Assembly (NCBI GenBank): GCA_965153355.1
Contig: OZ231126.1
Span: 14,198,001-14,262,000, forward strand
Length of the DNA stretch: 64,000 bases
Direction: 5' to 3'
Source: Flaccisagitta enflata
Lineage: Eukaryota
The notes below the pieces were generated by a model, which saw only the letters and a list, made by a program, of their open reading frames with translations, did no database searches and was not told where the DNA came from. Shown piece after piece: positions 13,268 through 27,078 of this stretch; position 1 is the first letter of the stretch, and each line of letters starts with the position of its first letter. Made by a program: the position numbers and the translations under genes.

Positions 13268-13606
13268 TAGGGTGACTGAAAATATGGTCAGATTTGAATC
13301 TGGTCTCCCTCGCGGGAGAAACGATACCATTTCCATCACAGATGATAACCCTAAAATCTGGTGGCAATCAAATGAAGTTTACTCATGGCCGCAACCCCCC
13401 CTCATTTCCCATAGAAAATGTACAGGAAGGATTTTGGCCTCTGCAGCTTCCTATCTTTTATAATGGGAATGGGGTGGGGTTGCGGCCATGAGTAAATTTT
13501 GTCTGATCATCTCCAGATTTTAGAGTTACCGTCTATGATGGAAATGGTCACATTTCTCCCGCAAGGAAGATGAGATTCGGATTTGACCATATTTCAAGTC
13601 ACCCTA
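13268..13606. mobile_element. hAT-like MITE
   Basis: TAGGGTGAC...GTCACCCTA termini with long imperfect inverted arms. Exact 8-bp TSD GTGTAGAG (13260-13267 and 13607-13614). Confidence 0.9.
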
Positions 13607-13728
13607 GTGTAGAGTCGCGTGCACGCGACTTTTAGACTAGATTGAAAAAATTCAACCTCCGCTCCATCAGGTTTACGCTTCAGGCGTCACTGCATGAACA
13701 CTGAAGAAAACACTCTCAGAATAATTTG

Positions 13729-13823
<95 letters not shown>

Positions 13824-15356
13824 CGGAAACGCAATACAGGAAATTTATATCACCTTCCGCTCTGCTGAATTTTCAAACAGTTTGAGTGACCTTGGAGTGA
13901 CTGGGAAGGGGAATAGAAAGAAGGATGGCATTGTCTACAATTCAAAGACGCGCATAAACACACACACATTCGAGAGCATGTCGATACTAAAGATATTCGT
14001 CGGTCCGTCCGTTACGCCTGTGCAAAAACCGCGTTTCTAGGCTGTTTTTGGCCACGGTGAAATCCTATACTGTAACAAATGATCAACCAACATGTTATGA
14101 GAGCCTCCTTTACTACTCAGTAGTTTCACCCGTCTGTTCGTCCATCTGTCTCTCCATATATGTCACATGATCAATACACGCAGAGACTCAGTCCGGACGC
14201 ATCGTTGCCCGGTCAGTACTGTTACATTCGTCCCCTGGCCTGTGATTTCGCCGCTGAAATGGATATCCTGCTTGGGTATGTTTTTAGGTGCGCCAAAGCA
14301 CCTCTATAATTGGCTGTGTCCGTCGGTCGGTTGGTCGGTCTGTCGGTAATGCATTCGTTCGACGATCCACACGGCGCAACTTATTGGCCTACTCGGCCTT
14401 GTTTTTTCGGGGGAACAATATTAGGCCGAATTTTGGACTAGTTAAAACTGAAACCACTTTAGTCAGATTTGGACTTGAGTGGAATAAAGCAGGACATCCC
14501 TCATTTTCATTTTTAATTAGTCTGTTTATTTATATTTCTTCTGGGGAATTCCTAAAGACTAGTTTATCTTATTCATAAAAAAGGTTAATTCATTGTTTGT
14601 TTTCACTTTATCCTTATTTTGACACCATTTTTCATCGATTTTAAAGAAAAAAATATTAAATTCTTTTTACAGATATAAAAATCTATCTTGAAAAATATTC
14701 TGAAAATGAAAAAAAAATATATTTGTCATTTTCTGCCTTGATGTTTTTAAAAATCAAACAAAATAAATGATTATTTGAAAAAATCAAAAATGTAAATTTT
14801 AGAATTTTCATTTTAAGATTTTCACAAATTGAAAATAAAAGATTGTGTTAGAAGATAATTTTAAAAAAGATGAAAAGTGATGCAAATACAGTATCAATCA
14901 GGCCCAAAAAAACTTTGTTTTTGATGTTCACTCATAGATCACTTCAATTAGCACGAGCAGTGAAAATTGCAACCACTCTAGTCTGATTCTGCCTTGAGTG
15001 GTTTGGGAGCATTTTCCGCCCTCCTCGTTTTTTCTTGTTCAGTTTTGGTGCAAATTGTAGGATATCGCCTCGAAAGTGCCGAACTGCGTAAAAAAAGTGT
15101 CATTGACTGACGGAGAAACCGACTGACCGACCGACCAACCGACATGGAAAAGTTTACAGCCGCGTGGACGCGTCTGAAGACACATGACGAAAACAAAAAA
15201 GAAACTAGAGCTGGCAACTAGGAGGAAATGAATAGATATGCGAATGAATTCTAAAGGGCCTCGGGGGAATCTGGGAACGCAAAGTAAGAATGGATGCCCG
15301 CTTTTGAAGCTTGGCACGCGGACGAAGGAGAAAAGGAGACTCACTTACCTCATGAC

Positions 15357-15410
<54 letters not shown>

Positions 15411-16020
15411 AGGTCGCCCAAGGGCAATATGTGGTCAGCGATACCCGTTGCCCTGCTTTGAGTGATTGTGAATTAGAGTGAGGGGAAGCAGGGCAGCGGC
15501 CCCGAAGGGGACGAAATCCTGTAGAACACAGGGGGACTTTCGTTCGTCCTGCCCGCAGAAGTGGATGAGATGCGATAGAGAACTGACTGAAGGCCTTCTA
15601 GAGCCTAAACTAAGGTCTAAGAAGGCCGCTGCCTATTGGAAGATGGGAGGGCTGACTTGAGGCTTTAGAGAGCTGGATTAAGGCTTAAAAGGTCAGAGGA
15701 CTGATTTGAAGCCTGAGAGCAATAAATTGAGGCTTAGATAGCTGATTTGAGGCCTTAGAGGCCTAGTTTGAGGCCTGAGAGGCCAAGCTTGAGGCCTGAG
15801 GATTTGAATTTGAGGCTAAAGAAGCTGACTTTGAGGCCTGAGAGGCTTGATTTGAGGCCTGAGAGGCTTGATTTGAGGCCTGAGAGGCTTGATTTGAGGC
15901 CTGAGAGGCTTGATTTGAGGCCTGAGAGGCCGGATTTGAGGCCTAAGAGGCAAGATTTGGGGTCTGAGAGGCCAGATTTGAGGTCTCAGAGGCCAGATTT
16001 GAGTCCTGAGGAGCCTGATG

Positions 16021-16372
<352 letters not shown>

Positions 16373-19084
16373 GGAATTGAAGAAAGGAAAAGACAGGTAT
16401 TTACGGCCACTGGCAAAAAGCCCTTTAAAAGCAAACTGAATACATCTAATTCTTAGTTGCTCTACTTTGCGCCTGCTCGCACTTTTCTCATCATTGTCGC
16501 TCTAAAGACGGAAGCTTTAAAGTGTGGCCCTTTTCTTGCATCCGGCCAATCTCTAATGTTCTGATTTACTTTTCCGAATTCATGTTCTGTGTGGCTCAAT
16601 GGAAGTACAGATGTATCCACTGAATGTAGAATTGGATGAGGCAGTAAAAATCTTGTATTCCTGCAGATCTTGTCGTTTACAAAATTGCGCTTTTGGACCG
16701 ACATAAATGGTTGAAACCGCGTACTTAACGTCCGTCCGTCTGGAACTTTTCTCTATATATGTTTTTTTTTATCACAGTCGCTACTATATCGCATATCGGG
16801 TGTGACTTGAGCGTGAATCTGTAAGGGATTAACCAACAGACAGATGGACCGACAGTCACCGACTTATTAACTATCACTAGGTGAGTTTTCAAAAAAAGTT
16901 AACAAAGATCTGTCGCAAATGGAGTCCGGTTAATCAGAAAAGAAAAAAAAACACAATCTAAAATTGAAGGGGCTGTGAATTTGTATTCATCATCTGTGTA
17001 GTTCCGTCACTGGAGGTTCAGTTAGCGAGTTTCGTTCTAGAATTGGAGACGACAGTCAGCCACTTTCCTCCCAACTTCTTCACTCGACTTACTTTCCCAC
17101 ATCAGCTCTTGTCACACAGTCCCCATCTCTCTCGCAATTATGAGTAAAACGACATGAAATATCAGCCGCTTTTCATCCGTCTGACATGTCTTCACCCGTT
17201 TTGACGTGCGACTTATCGGGAAACTCTCCCATTTCTGCCATTCTTTGTCAGGGCACCTGATTTGAAATTCTTCGTGGAACTGTGCATGGGTGGAAAGGGG
17301 TGGTTTGGGGGTGCTGGAGTTGCGATTGGTAATTTTACTCGATAGGTGGTGATTTAGAGCTATGGTGCTGTGAAAGCCCCACCAGATTGTCATTGTGTAG
17401 ATGACCATGGAAGGTGGGAAGAAATGTAACGCAATGTCTAACGTAAATTCATTCATTCATCAGTTTTATGAAGAAGCAATAAAGGAATGAAAAATCCAGA
17501 GAGAAAGAGTGTACCGTATTTTTTCCATTTATCGCCCCCCCTCCAATAAACGCAAGCCTCTTTTTGAACAAGCAAAAATGTTACTTTAACACATTACTTG
17601 TTATATTTTTGGATGTTTTAAGTGATATTCATTGGAAATAACATAGGGTAAGAGAGTGCTTACAAGGGGGCGCTAATACAGCTGGGTAAAGATGAAGTTG
17701 GTGACTTTACCAACCCCTGTTGTGAAGTTACCGACTTTGCTGACTCTAAAGCTGTCATAAAAAGTGGGTGGTACTGGAATATTAATCCATTTTTTTTCCT
17801 TATCTTCTTCCAAAAAATCTTGAACCCCTCTTGTTTTTGTCAGCAAACACGTTACTAAAGATGGAAAAATCAGAAGCAAATATTTTTGGTCACCCATCTA
17901 TACAAAATCAGAGAATATATGGGTGGATTTCATGGTCAAGAGATTTGGACCAAATGACATTTCTTTGTTTTTCTCAAAATACGTCATCATCGATTTTCAC
18001 CATTTTTTCCTCAAAACCACCCATGATGGTGACAATGATAAAACTTAAAAGAATTGGGATACTACTCCTCTTAAACTGGCACAAAATGGCAAAAAACGTT
18101 TTTTGTGTTAAAGTTGGTGATTTTAACAACTTCACTGATTTCACTGATGTTGCTGATTTCACCAACTTTAAAGCACTTTTTGAGCCCTGCCATTCCAATG
18201 GTTGCAAAGTTGTTGATTTTAACAACTTGTTCTGGTTGTGAAGTCGCTGAATTTAGCAACTTTTCTAGGCTTTGTTTGCCATTTAGTAGGGTAGTGATAT
18301 GGAAAGAGCTAAAATGTTAGAATATGGCCTCCCGCATATGGATTGGCTCTTATTTACATGGGTCACACTAATTACAGCCGTAAATGACACTTTGGACTCA
18401 TTTCATGACGCCGGGATTATTGTAAGTGAGTGGTATCTGCCTCTCAGTTTCTGGCATTTTTCTTTCTTCAAGAAATTTGAGCAATACCTTCACTTGCAAT
18501 GAGTTAATATGAGCAAATACCAGTAAAAAACCTTCCAGATGATTGATATAGATATCGTTGATGACATTGCAGCCACCTAGATCGAACATGGGTGATAAGA
18601 TTTGAACATTTGCAGAATCTCATGCCAAATTATCACATTTTTTTTTCACCTAAAGATTCAAATCGGTTTTAAAAATATGAATCAACCACATTGTACATTC
18701 TATTTCAAATTGTACAAACACACGCAAAAGCAAAAAAAAAAAGTGACGCGGGTCACAATATTGTTGCAAACAGGTGGGCAGGAGCATCCAACCCCATTCC
18801 ATACCCCAACTCCCACCTGACACACAGAAGTATCCAAAATACTCGTTTTTTCCAGTTTTTGACTTGATCATTACGGACGAACGGACGGACAAAGCCTCTT
18901 ACAGAGTTGAGTGTCCGCAACTAAAAAAAGTAACATGTGTCATACCAACCATCCGATCAACAGATGGACGGACGAGCGGGGTGTTGAGTCGCGTAGCACG
19001 CGACTTAGAAACATGGCCAAAATTCGATCTACAGATGGGTCCTTTGCACTTTCTTCCTGCGACGGAGCTTGTTATCACGCGCGC

Positions 19085-19085
<1 letters not shown>

Positions 19086-19120
<35 letters not shown>

Positions 19121-19124
19121 AAAA

Positions 19125-19202
<78 letters not shown>

Positions 19203-19210
19203 GAAAGAAA
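19086..19210. repeat. (AAAG)n microsatellite
   Basis: Direct reading. Also 25755-25841 and 36160-36300. Confidence 0.98.
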
Positions 19211-21528
19211 CAGACAGACAGTCAGATCTCACTTGATTTTACGCATACAAGAAAAAACGCCATAGATGGACCAACAGATGGACGGACGGACCAACAGACA
19301 GACAGAGCCTTTTATAGAGAAATGAGGACGCATCCATTTTAGAATTACACACACACAACTACATATCAACTCCCTCCCTCCCAACCTCCTTCCTCTCTCG
19401 GTTTCTCCCTTTTTCCCTTCCCTCCCTTCTTTCTTTTCTCTTTTTTAAAAGTTTCTCAAGTATCAACTGTCATTGCATTCTACGATGAAACAAGGCCGGA
19501 CGGTTGGGCAGGGGCAGTTATGCAAAAACTACTCACGATTCAGGATTGTGACAGACTGACGGACAGACAGACTGCCCGACACAGCAGGGTGTAGATTTGT
19601 GTCTGCGAGAAAAAAAGACGTTTCCATAAGTGCGCAATGTGAAGTCTGTTTTGCGTCTATTCTGTGTGTGAATTCCATGAAAGTATATATGGTTCAAAGG
19701 CTCACAGTTTTGGCTCTCGCCATTCCTCGCCAAGTCGAAAATCATTTCCGAAAACAGATTTGAATTCACCGTTAGCTAATCTACAAGGTGGTTTGGCGTG
19801 TTTTCGCGAGTCGGCGTTATTCTTAACTCAGATGATGGTTTTCAAAGCACTTCTCTATTCTCTTTCAAATTTTTGAAATTTCATGCAAAAAAAGACACAG
19901 GATCAGGCCTTTTTGCATTTCCAAGTAATTCTGATTGAAAACTGATCAAATACAAATCATATTTCATCATTTTTTATATAGCAAACGCGATTGAAAAATT
20001 ATGACACCTTTTTTTTCACCACATTTATTCCTGGTTTGCCGCTGCTTAGTTCCCTACATTTAGACATTAAACTGCTACTATCTTCGCCAAAAGAAACGCG
20101 ACACCTTCTTTTTAGAATATCTTGGCTTCTAGAGAAGCTAGATAATTTTCAAAAAAAAATAATCTTCTTCAAAAGATCTACAACATGAGTTCAATCTGGT
20201 CACTGTATCTTAAAGCGCTTAAAAATGGCAAGCAGAAGAAGGAAAATGGTCATTTTTAGAATTGATAAAAAGACTGAAATAAAAGAACAGATGAAATTTC
20301 ATAACTTTAACTTTCGTTATCTTAGCTTCTGGAAAAGCTAAATACTTTTTCCAAAAAAGCAAATTATTCTACATTAAGAAATCTCAAAGGTGGGCGCAAT
20401 CTGGATTCTGTAGCTCAAGCCGTTTAGAAATGGCAAGCGAAAGAGTAAACTTTTTTCAAATTCATAGGCTTGCAAAAAATTTTGACAAATGAGAAAAGGT
20501 TATCGCCTCTTTTAATGAAGAAATGCAATACACATTGCATTTTAGATTCACAGTCTCATTCATTTCTAATGAAAATAACTTACTTGACCTCCAAACTCTC
20601 TCAATTACTAAATTTTGTTAGAGTTTGGTCAGAAAACCATATCATTGCCAGGGTGTCGCATTTCTTTTGGCAAAGATAGTAGAAACCTTTTTACATGTAG
20701 CACTGTATTAGAGAATGGAAATCTTTTTAGATGCCTTTTTTTTTTTCTGCCTACAACCGCCTTGACCCACAATGCAACAAGGAAGACTTTAAAAGCCCCA
20801 AAACTGACTTGATTCTATTTTCTTTAAACATACAGATGATGATTTTTAGTTGAACAGTGGGTTTTTGCGTCACATGCTTTATTTATACATAAATGATCAT
20901 CATTAATGGAATCTCCTGGTTGTGTAAGGCTTTTTTCTTTCAAAAATGCTATACTACACTTACGGGTGGTTTTACGTGTTCTGAAACCCCTCAAACAGCA
21001 GAAACCAGTACCATCACTCCTCAAAATGATGAGCAACAATAACCTAGAATCGTCATTATAATAGTAAGGATACGGTCATGTGAGACCCTGGCCTACACTC
21101 ATGGTTTTTTGGCAGCAGCCCTGAAGAGATCAATGACTTATGCTTTCACATATATGGGGAATTTTCTCCTTTTTGGGCAGCGGCCCCAAAGGGTCGATGT
21201 TCTGTAGCACACAGGGCTGAATTTCCTTGTGTATCCGTCTGTACGTACATACGTCCCCCCCTCCCCCGAAGCTTCTCAATTCTCAAATTCCTATTGAATA
21301 ACATGGGAAAATGACAATTTGCAAACTTCCCATTGGATACACTTTTTTTTTTTATAAGAGACTTTTTTATAAGAGACATGAGGCTGAGATTCACTGAAAA
21401 TTTAAGAACAAAATAAGAGACAGCTCAGGCTGACTTTTGCCTCAGCTAATTTTTAGCGTGCACGCGACTCTACACCCCGCTTTGTCTGTCCGTTGGTTGG
21501 TTGATCAGTTGGTCAGTCGGTTGGTCCC

Positions 21529-22130
21529 CTTTTGGGCAGCGGCCCCGAAGGGGCCGATGACCTATGCTTTCACACATAGGGGAAATTTCTCCTTCTTCTC
21601 CTTCTTCTTCTCCTTCTTCTTCTCCTTCTCCGTCCCCCCCCTCAAGGCCCAAATCCTAGTCTCGAGACCCAAATCCTAGTCTTCGAGACCCAAATCCCAG
21701 CCATGAGGCTCAAATCTCAGTCTCCAAGCTAAAATCCCAGCCTCAAGGCTCAAATCCCAACCCTTAGGCTCAAATCTCAGTCTCAAGGCACAAATCCCAG
21801 CCTTGAAGCTCAAATCCTAGCCTCGAAGCTCAAATACCAGCTTCCAAGCTCAAATCCCTACCCCGAAGCTCAAATCCCAACCTCAAAGCTCAAATCCCAG
21901 CCTCAAAGCTCAAATCTCAGCCTTGAAGCTGAAATCCCAGCCTCGAAGCTCAAATTCCAGCATCAAGGCCCTAATCCAAGCCTCAAGGCCCCAATTCCAG
22001 CCTCCAGGCCCTAATTCCATCCTTGAGGTTCAAATAAAAACAGCCGCTGCCCCTCTAACCACCTCACACCCACATACACTCACATAGGGGCAACGGGTAC
22101 CGCTGACCATCTAACGCTTTTGCGACTATT
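21529..22130 (+). mobile_element. HINE-like family E with internal 20-bp tandem repeats (related: 39871-40522, 24064-24400(-); 21-bp variant: 15407-16020(-), 23016-23549; others 21170-22960, ~27180-27480(-))
   Basis: 5' TTTTGGGCAGCGGCCCCGAAGGGGCC hairpin, tandem CCCAGCCTCAAGGCTCAAAT-like units, 3' GCCGCTGCCC and GGGTACCGCTGACCAT block. Confidence 0.75.
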
Positions 22131-22289
22131 TACTTTTTTTATCAATTTTATTTCTTTAAGTCATTTAAGTCTTTATAGGTTAAACTAAGTCATTCTAAGT
22201 CATTCTAAGTCATTCTGTTACTAACAGATTCTGTTAGTCTCTCACGCGACTTTTAGGTGTTGGCCTTGTTTTTCCTTTTATCACAAGTG

Positions 22290-22440
22290 AGAGTAGTAAA
22301 AGTAGTAATAGAAGCAGCAAAAGTAGTAGTAGTATCAGTAGTAGTAATAGTAGTAGTAGTAGTAGTTGTAGTAGTAAAAGTAGTAGTAGCAGTAATATTA
22401 GTTATATGTTAGTTGTAAAGTAGTACTAGCAGTGGTTGAG

Positions 22441-22491
<51 letters not shown>

Positions 22492-22550
22492 ACAGCAGCA
22501 ATAACAGTAGTATTAATAATAATAATATCATTGATAGTATTAGTAGTAAT
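22290..22550. repeat. (AGT)n low-complexity tract
   Basis: Direct reading. Confidence 0.95.
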
Positions 22551-24404
22551 GGATCAAGTCAGGGAAAAATAAGAACAAATTAAGAGAATTCGAGGCTAAA
22601 AATGACTTGAAATTTAAGAACACTCAGGCTGAGTTGAAAAAAGGTTGTCTCTTATAAAAGAAAAAAAGTGTAACATGGAAAATTCACAAAAAAATGAAAA
22701 AGTATGTAAAATTGAAATTGGATAACATGGAAAATTGACAAGAAATTGTAGAAAATACATAATTCCCATTGAATATCATGGAAAATTGCCCCAAAGGCCT
22801 GAAATATGCCTTCTCAGGACGTAAGAAAATTCACCCCTGTGTCCTACAGGACATCGACCCTTTGGGGCCTCTGCCCTCCTCTCACTCCACTTCTTCAGCT
22901 GATCACTCCAAGCAGGGCATTGGGTACCGCTGACCATGTGCAATCCTTGGATTACTTGTTCTCCTTCTCCTACATTCCCCAAGACTTTAAAGGCCCCAAA
23001 ACTGTCTTGATACTCTTTTTGGGCAGCCGCCCCAAAGGGCCGATGTCCTGTAGAACACAGGGGGGAATTTCCAAACATCCGTCTGTCCTTCCGTCCATCT
23101 GTCTGTCCTTCCGTCCCCCCCCCCCCGTTGGCCATCAAGACCTCAAATCTGCCCTCCAAGCCCTCAATTTAGCCTTTCAGGCCTCAAATCAGCCTTCCAG
23201 GCTTATAATCAGCCCCCTCAGCCTCAAATCTGCCCGCCAGACCTCAAATCTGCACTCCAGACCTTCAACTAGCCTCTAAAGCATCAAACCAGCCGTCCAT
23301 GGCTCAAATTTGCCCTAAAAACCTCAAATCTCCAAGCTTTAATTCTGCCCTCGAGCCTTCAAATATGCCTTCAGTGGCCTAAATTAGTCATCTCAGGCCC
23401 CCTCAGGACATCTGGAAATTCCCCCCTGTGTTCTACAGGACATCGGCACTTTGGGGCCGCTGCCCTGCTCTCACTCCACTTCATCACTGAATCACTCCCA
23501 GCAGGGCATCGGGTACTGCTGACCATGTGTGATCCTTGGATGACTAGTTTGAATATACAGATGATAATCTTTTTTAATTGAACAGTGGGTTTTTGAGTCA
23601 TTTACCTCATTTATACATATAAGATCATGTAAGCGCCTTTTTTTGGTCAGCAGCCCAAAGTTTATGCTATCTCAACATAGTCAACAATAAAAGTTTTTTT
23701 TTCTCCAAGAAATTTGTTGGCTTATGCTATGGATAAAGCAGGGGCCAAACCTCAAGAAATTGCGGTAAAAATGATTTTTCTAGATAATTCTAGCAGTTTT
23801 GGAAATCTGATTTGCATGGTCCCTGCATGGCCCCCCAAGAACTCCAAAACAGCCAAAAATTTTGAAAATTGGAAGAAAGTTCCTTTTTGGCAGCGACTTT
23901 TCTTAATTTGTGCCACCACCCTTTTTCATCTGCACGGAGGTGGTGGCGCCGATTAATTGAGGTACCAGGTCAAGAATTTTTTAAATGGATCCTCTATATA
24001 TGATTTTGAGCTATATCCTTTTGATAGAGATTTTTTCTCTGAATTCACAGTAAAAGGGTGAGAAGTCGCAAAAGCATTAGATGGTCAGGCAGCTGTCCCA
24101 GGGGGTGACATGTGCTTTCATACATGCTGGGAATTTTCTCCTCCTCCTTCTTCTCTCTCTCTGTCCCCCACTCGAGGTTCAAATACCAGTCTGGAGGCCC
24201 AAATCCCAGCCTTAAGGCCCAAATCCTAGCCTCAAATCCCAAATCCTAGCCTCAAGGTCCAGATTTGGGCCTTGAGACTGTGATTTGGGCCATGAGACTG
24301 GAATTTGGGCCATGAGACGACAATTTTAGGTGGGGGGGAACATAGGAGAAGGAGAAGGAGAAAATTTCCCAAATATGTGATAGCATAGGTCATCAACCAC
24401 TTCA

Positions 24405-24570
24405 GTAGGGTGACTGAAGAAATGGTAAAACTTCCTTGGGGGAGAAGTGTGACCATTTCCATCACAGATAATGACTCTAAAATCTGTTGATGATCTAATA
24501 AAGTTTACTCACAACCGCCACCCACGTTATATCCCATAGAAAATGTATGTGAAGGATTTTGGCCATTTAT
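24405..24570 (+). mobile_element. Partial copy (left arm) of the 13268-13606 hAT-like MITE
   Basis: TAGGGTGACTGAA...ACCATTTCCATCACAGAT...CCCATAGAAAATGTA...GAAGGATTTTGGCC is shared with 13268-13440. Confidence 0.75.
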
Positions 24571-25756
24571 TTTTAGAATGGCATCTAAAAAGATTTCCAT
24601 TCTGTACAGTGCCACGTGTAAAAAGGTTTCTTGCAGTTTAATGTCTAAATGGCAATCAAAGCCTGGAAAAGTTGCTAAATTCAGCGACTTCACAACCAGA
24701 ACAAGTTGTTAAAATCAACAACTTAACAACCATTGGAATGGCAAGGCTCAAAAAGTGCTTAAAGTTGGTGAAATCAGCTACATCAGTGAAATCAGTAAAG
24801 TTGTTAAGATCACCAACTTTAACACAAAAAATGTTTTTTGCCATTTTATGCCAGTTTAAGAGGAGTAGTATCCCAATTCTTTTTAGTTTTATCATTGTCA
24901 CCATTATGGGTGGTTTTGAGGAAAAAATGGTGAGAATCGATGATGACATATTTTGAGAAAAACAAAGAAATGTCAATTGGTCCAAATCTTTTGACCATGA
25001 AATCCACCCATATATTGTCTGATTTTGTATAGATGGGTGACCAAAAATATTTGCCACTGATTTTTCCATCTTTAGTAACGTGTTTGCTGACAAAAACAAG
25101 AGGGGTTCAAGATTTTTTGGAAGAAGATAAGGAAAAAAATGGATTAATATTCCAGCACCACTCACTTTTTATGACAGCTTTAGAGTCAGCAAAGTCGGTA
25201 ACTTCACAACAGGGGTTGGTAAAGTCACCAACTTCATCTTTACCCAGCTGTAATAAGAGGGTAAAATGACAATATTTTTTTAGTCGCGTGCACGCAACTC
25301 TACAACCCGCTTTGTTGGTCCGTCAGTCCATCGGTCTGTCGGAATGTTGGTCCATCCGTTGGTCCGTCTGTCACACTTTACTTTTGTTATTATATTTTTA
25401 GTTATATCTAGCCATTCTAAGTTATTCTAAGTTATTCTATATCATTCTAAGTCATTCTAAGTCATTCTAAGTTATTTTAAGTCATTTAAGTCAAATAGGT
25501 CAAAGTAGTCATTTTAGTCAATTTATGTCTTTTTAAGTCATTTAAAGTCGTCTTGGGTCATTTTAAGTCATCTTGAGTCAATAAAAGACATCTCAAGTTA
25601 CTTATGTCCCGCACGCGACTTATTGGTGTTAGCCTTGTTTCAATTTCAAAGGTACCCAGGGCGCTAATTAGAAAAAATACGGTAATTGTCATTTCAGAGG
25701 GAAAATACAAAAAAACGCGAGAGAGAAAGAATGTAAGACAAGGAATGGGAAAGGAA

Positions 25757-25842
<86 letters not shown>

Positions 25843-27033
25843 AGGAGGGCAGAATGCAAACAAACAAACTACTCTCTGTCTGTCTGTCATTTCGTCTATC
25901 AGTGCACCTGTTTTCCTTCACTCCTATTTGATTAGATTCCAAGATGAATTCTCTGCCTTTAATTGGGTTATTCATGAATTCCTCCATGGAAAGATAACAT
26001 TTTTCCAATTCGCTTTAAAATCGCAGCAGCGGCTAAGCAGCAGAGAAGGAAACAACAACAAACAAACAAGAACACGAAGCCTCACTCGAAGCATCACTAT
26101 TCCACAATGCTTTATGGTCTTGATTGCCTTTATGAACAGTGGAGAACGAGACAGGGTTATTGTTCATTGTTCATTTGACTATCCCATGTGACGTTCAACA
26201 TCATTACCAGAATCTCGCCTCATTGCCTCCTAGATTTCTTCTGATCCTTTTATTTCTTCCCTCCTTTCCCTCTCCTTATCAGTTCCTTTCTCTTCTATTC
26301 TACTTTTTAGGCAACGAATCATTTGGAAAAAAAAGTCGAAGAATACCTTCGGCTTTTTGAGATCTGTGGAGGAATTTGGTTTTCCCTTTTTAGTCGCGGA
26401 CACGCAACTCTATAAGCCACTTTTCGGTTGGTCCGTCGGTCCGTCGGTCGGTCCGTTACAAAGTCACTTTTCAAGGTTTTCCGCTCCTGCCCACCCGTCC
26501 GCGACTAATTCTGCCGTGTATACGGCCTTGTTATCATAGGTTTTTATAGAAAGTTGGTGTTTTTTTCAGGCCGCCAACGCATAAAATTAACAGCAAAGAA
26601 AAAGCTTATTCTCCTCTTTCAGATGGCGACAAGCAAAATTCTGTGCAATCAATAGTTTTGGAGCTATAATTTTTTAAATATTTTTTTTTCTCGTTTTCCC
26701 TTTTTTTCTTAAAGATCAATATTTTTCATTGAACCTAATTTCGGGCTCTATGTGACTGAAAAATAATCAATATGACACTTTACCCTGCTTGCTCATTAGG
26801 CTGGGCCCACGATGACGATTTGAGAAACACTCTTGCTCCAAGCACTTTTCGTGTTCGTATGATGAAATTAGAGTCATATCTACTTGTAAAATCAATTCTG
26901 ACAAAATTGAGCCAGACCGTCATTGTGATATGTTCAGTGAATTTTGAGTAAAAAATGCCATTTTTTTTCTTTTTTCAAAAAGATGTTTTCCGGAGACATA
27001 GTCACTTTGTAACTGCGTGTGATTGCATATATA

Positions 27034-27078
<45 letters not shown>

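Larger units (their letters stand above)
21340..22670. mobile_element. TA-flanked MITE (CAC-T(n)-ATAAG ends) carrying nested HINEs
   Basis: TA|CACTTTTTTTTTTTATAAGAGAC ... GTCTCTTATAAAAGAAAAAAAGTG|TA. Related ends at 2197-2498, ~7092 and ~7743. Confidence 0.75.
17679..25250. mobile_element. 7.6-kb TA-flanked element with ~600-bp TIRs, no intact transposase
   Basis: 17679-18286 is the reverse complement of ~24645-25250 (TA|CAGCTGGGTAAAGATGAAGTTGG...CCAACTTCATCTTTACCCAGCTG|TA). The mirror-image spurious ORFs in the track confirm the inversion. Confidence 0.85.
17514..25682. mobile_element. Small TA-flanked CCGTATTT MITE split by nested insertions
   Basis: TA|CCGTATTTTTTCCATTTATCGCCC at 17514 and GGGCGCTAATTAGAAAAAATACGG|TA at 25682. 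Confidence 0.65.

Noticed and set aside
13206..13339. N-terminus of the 552-aa ORF as a real start
   Set aside because: It is read-through from a HINE and a hAT MITE. Retroelement similarity begins near HKFLG.
17673..18259. Duplicated genes, mirrored by ORFs at 24656-25269
   Set aside because: These are the two TIRs of one element, with frameshift differences and no protein motifs.
18290..18600. Transposase C-terminal remnant ('AGGHI' on the minus strand)
   Set aside because: Only a few residues match among many stops, too weak without an HMM search.
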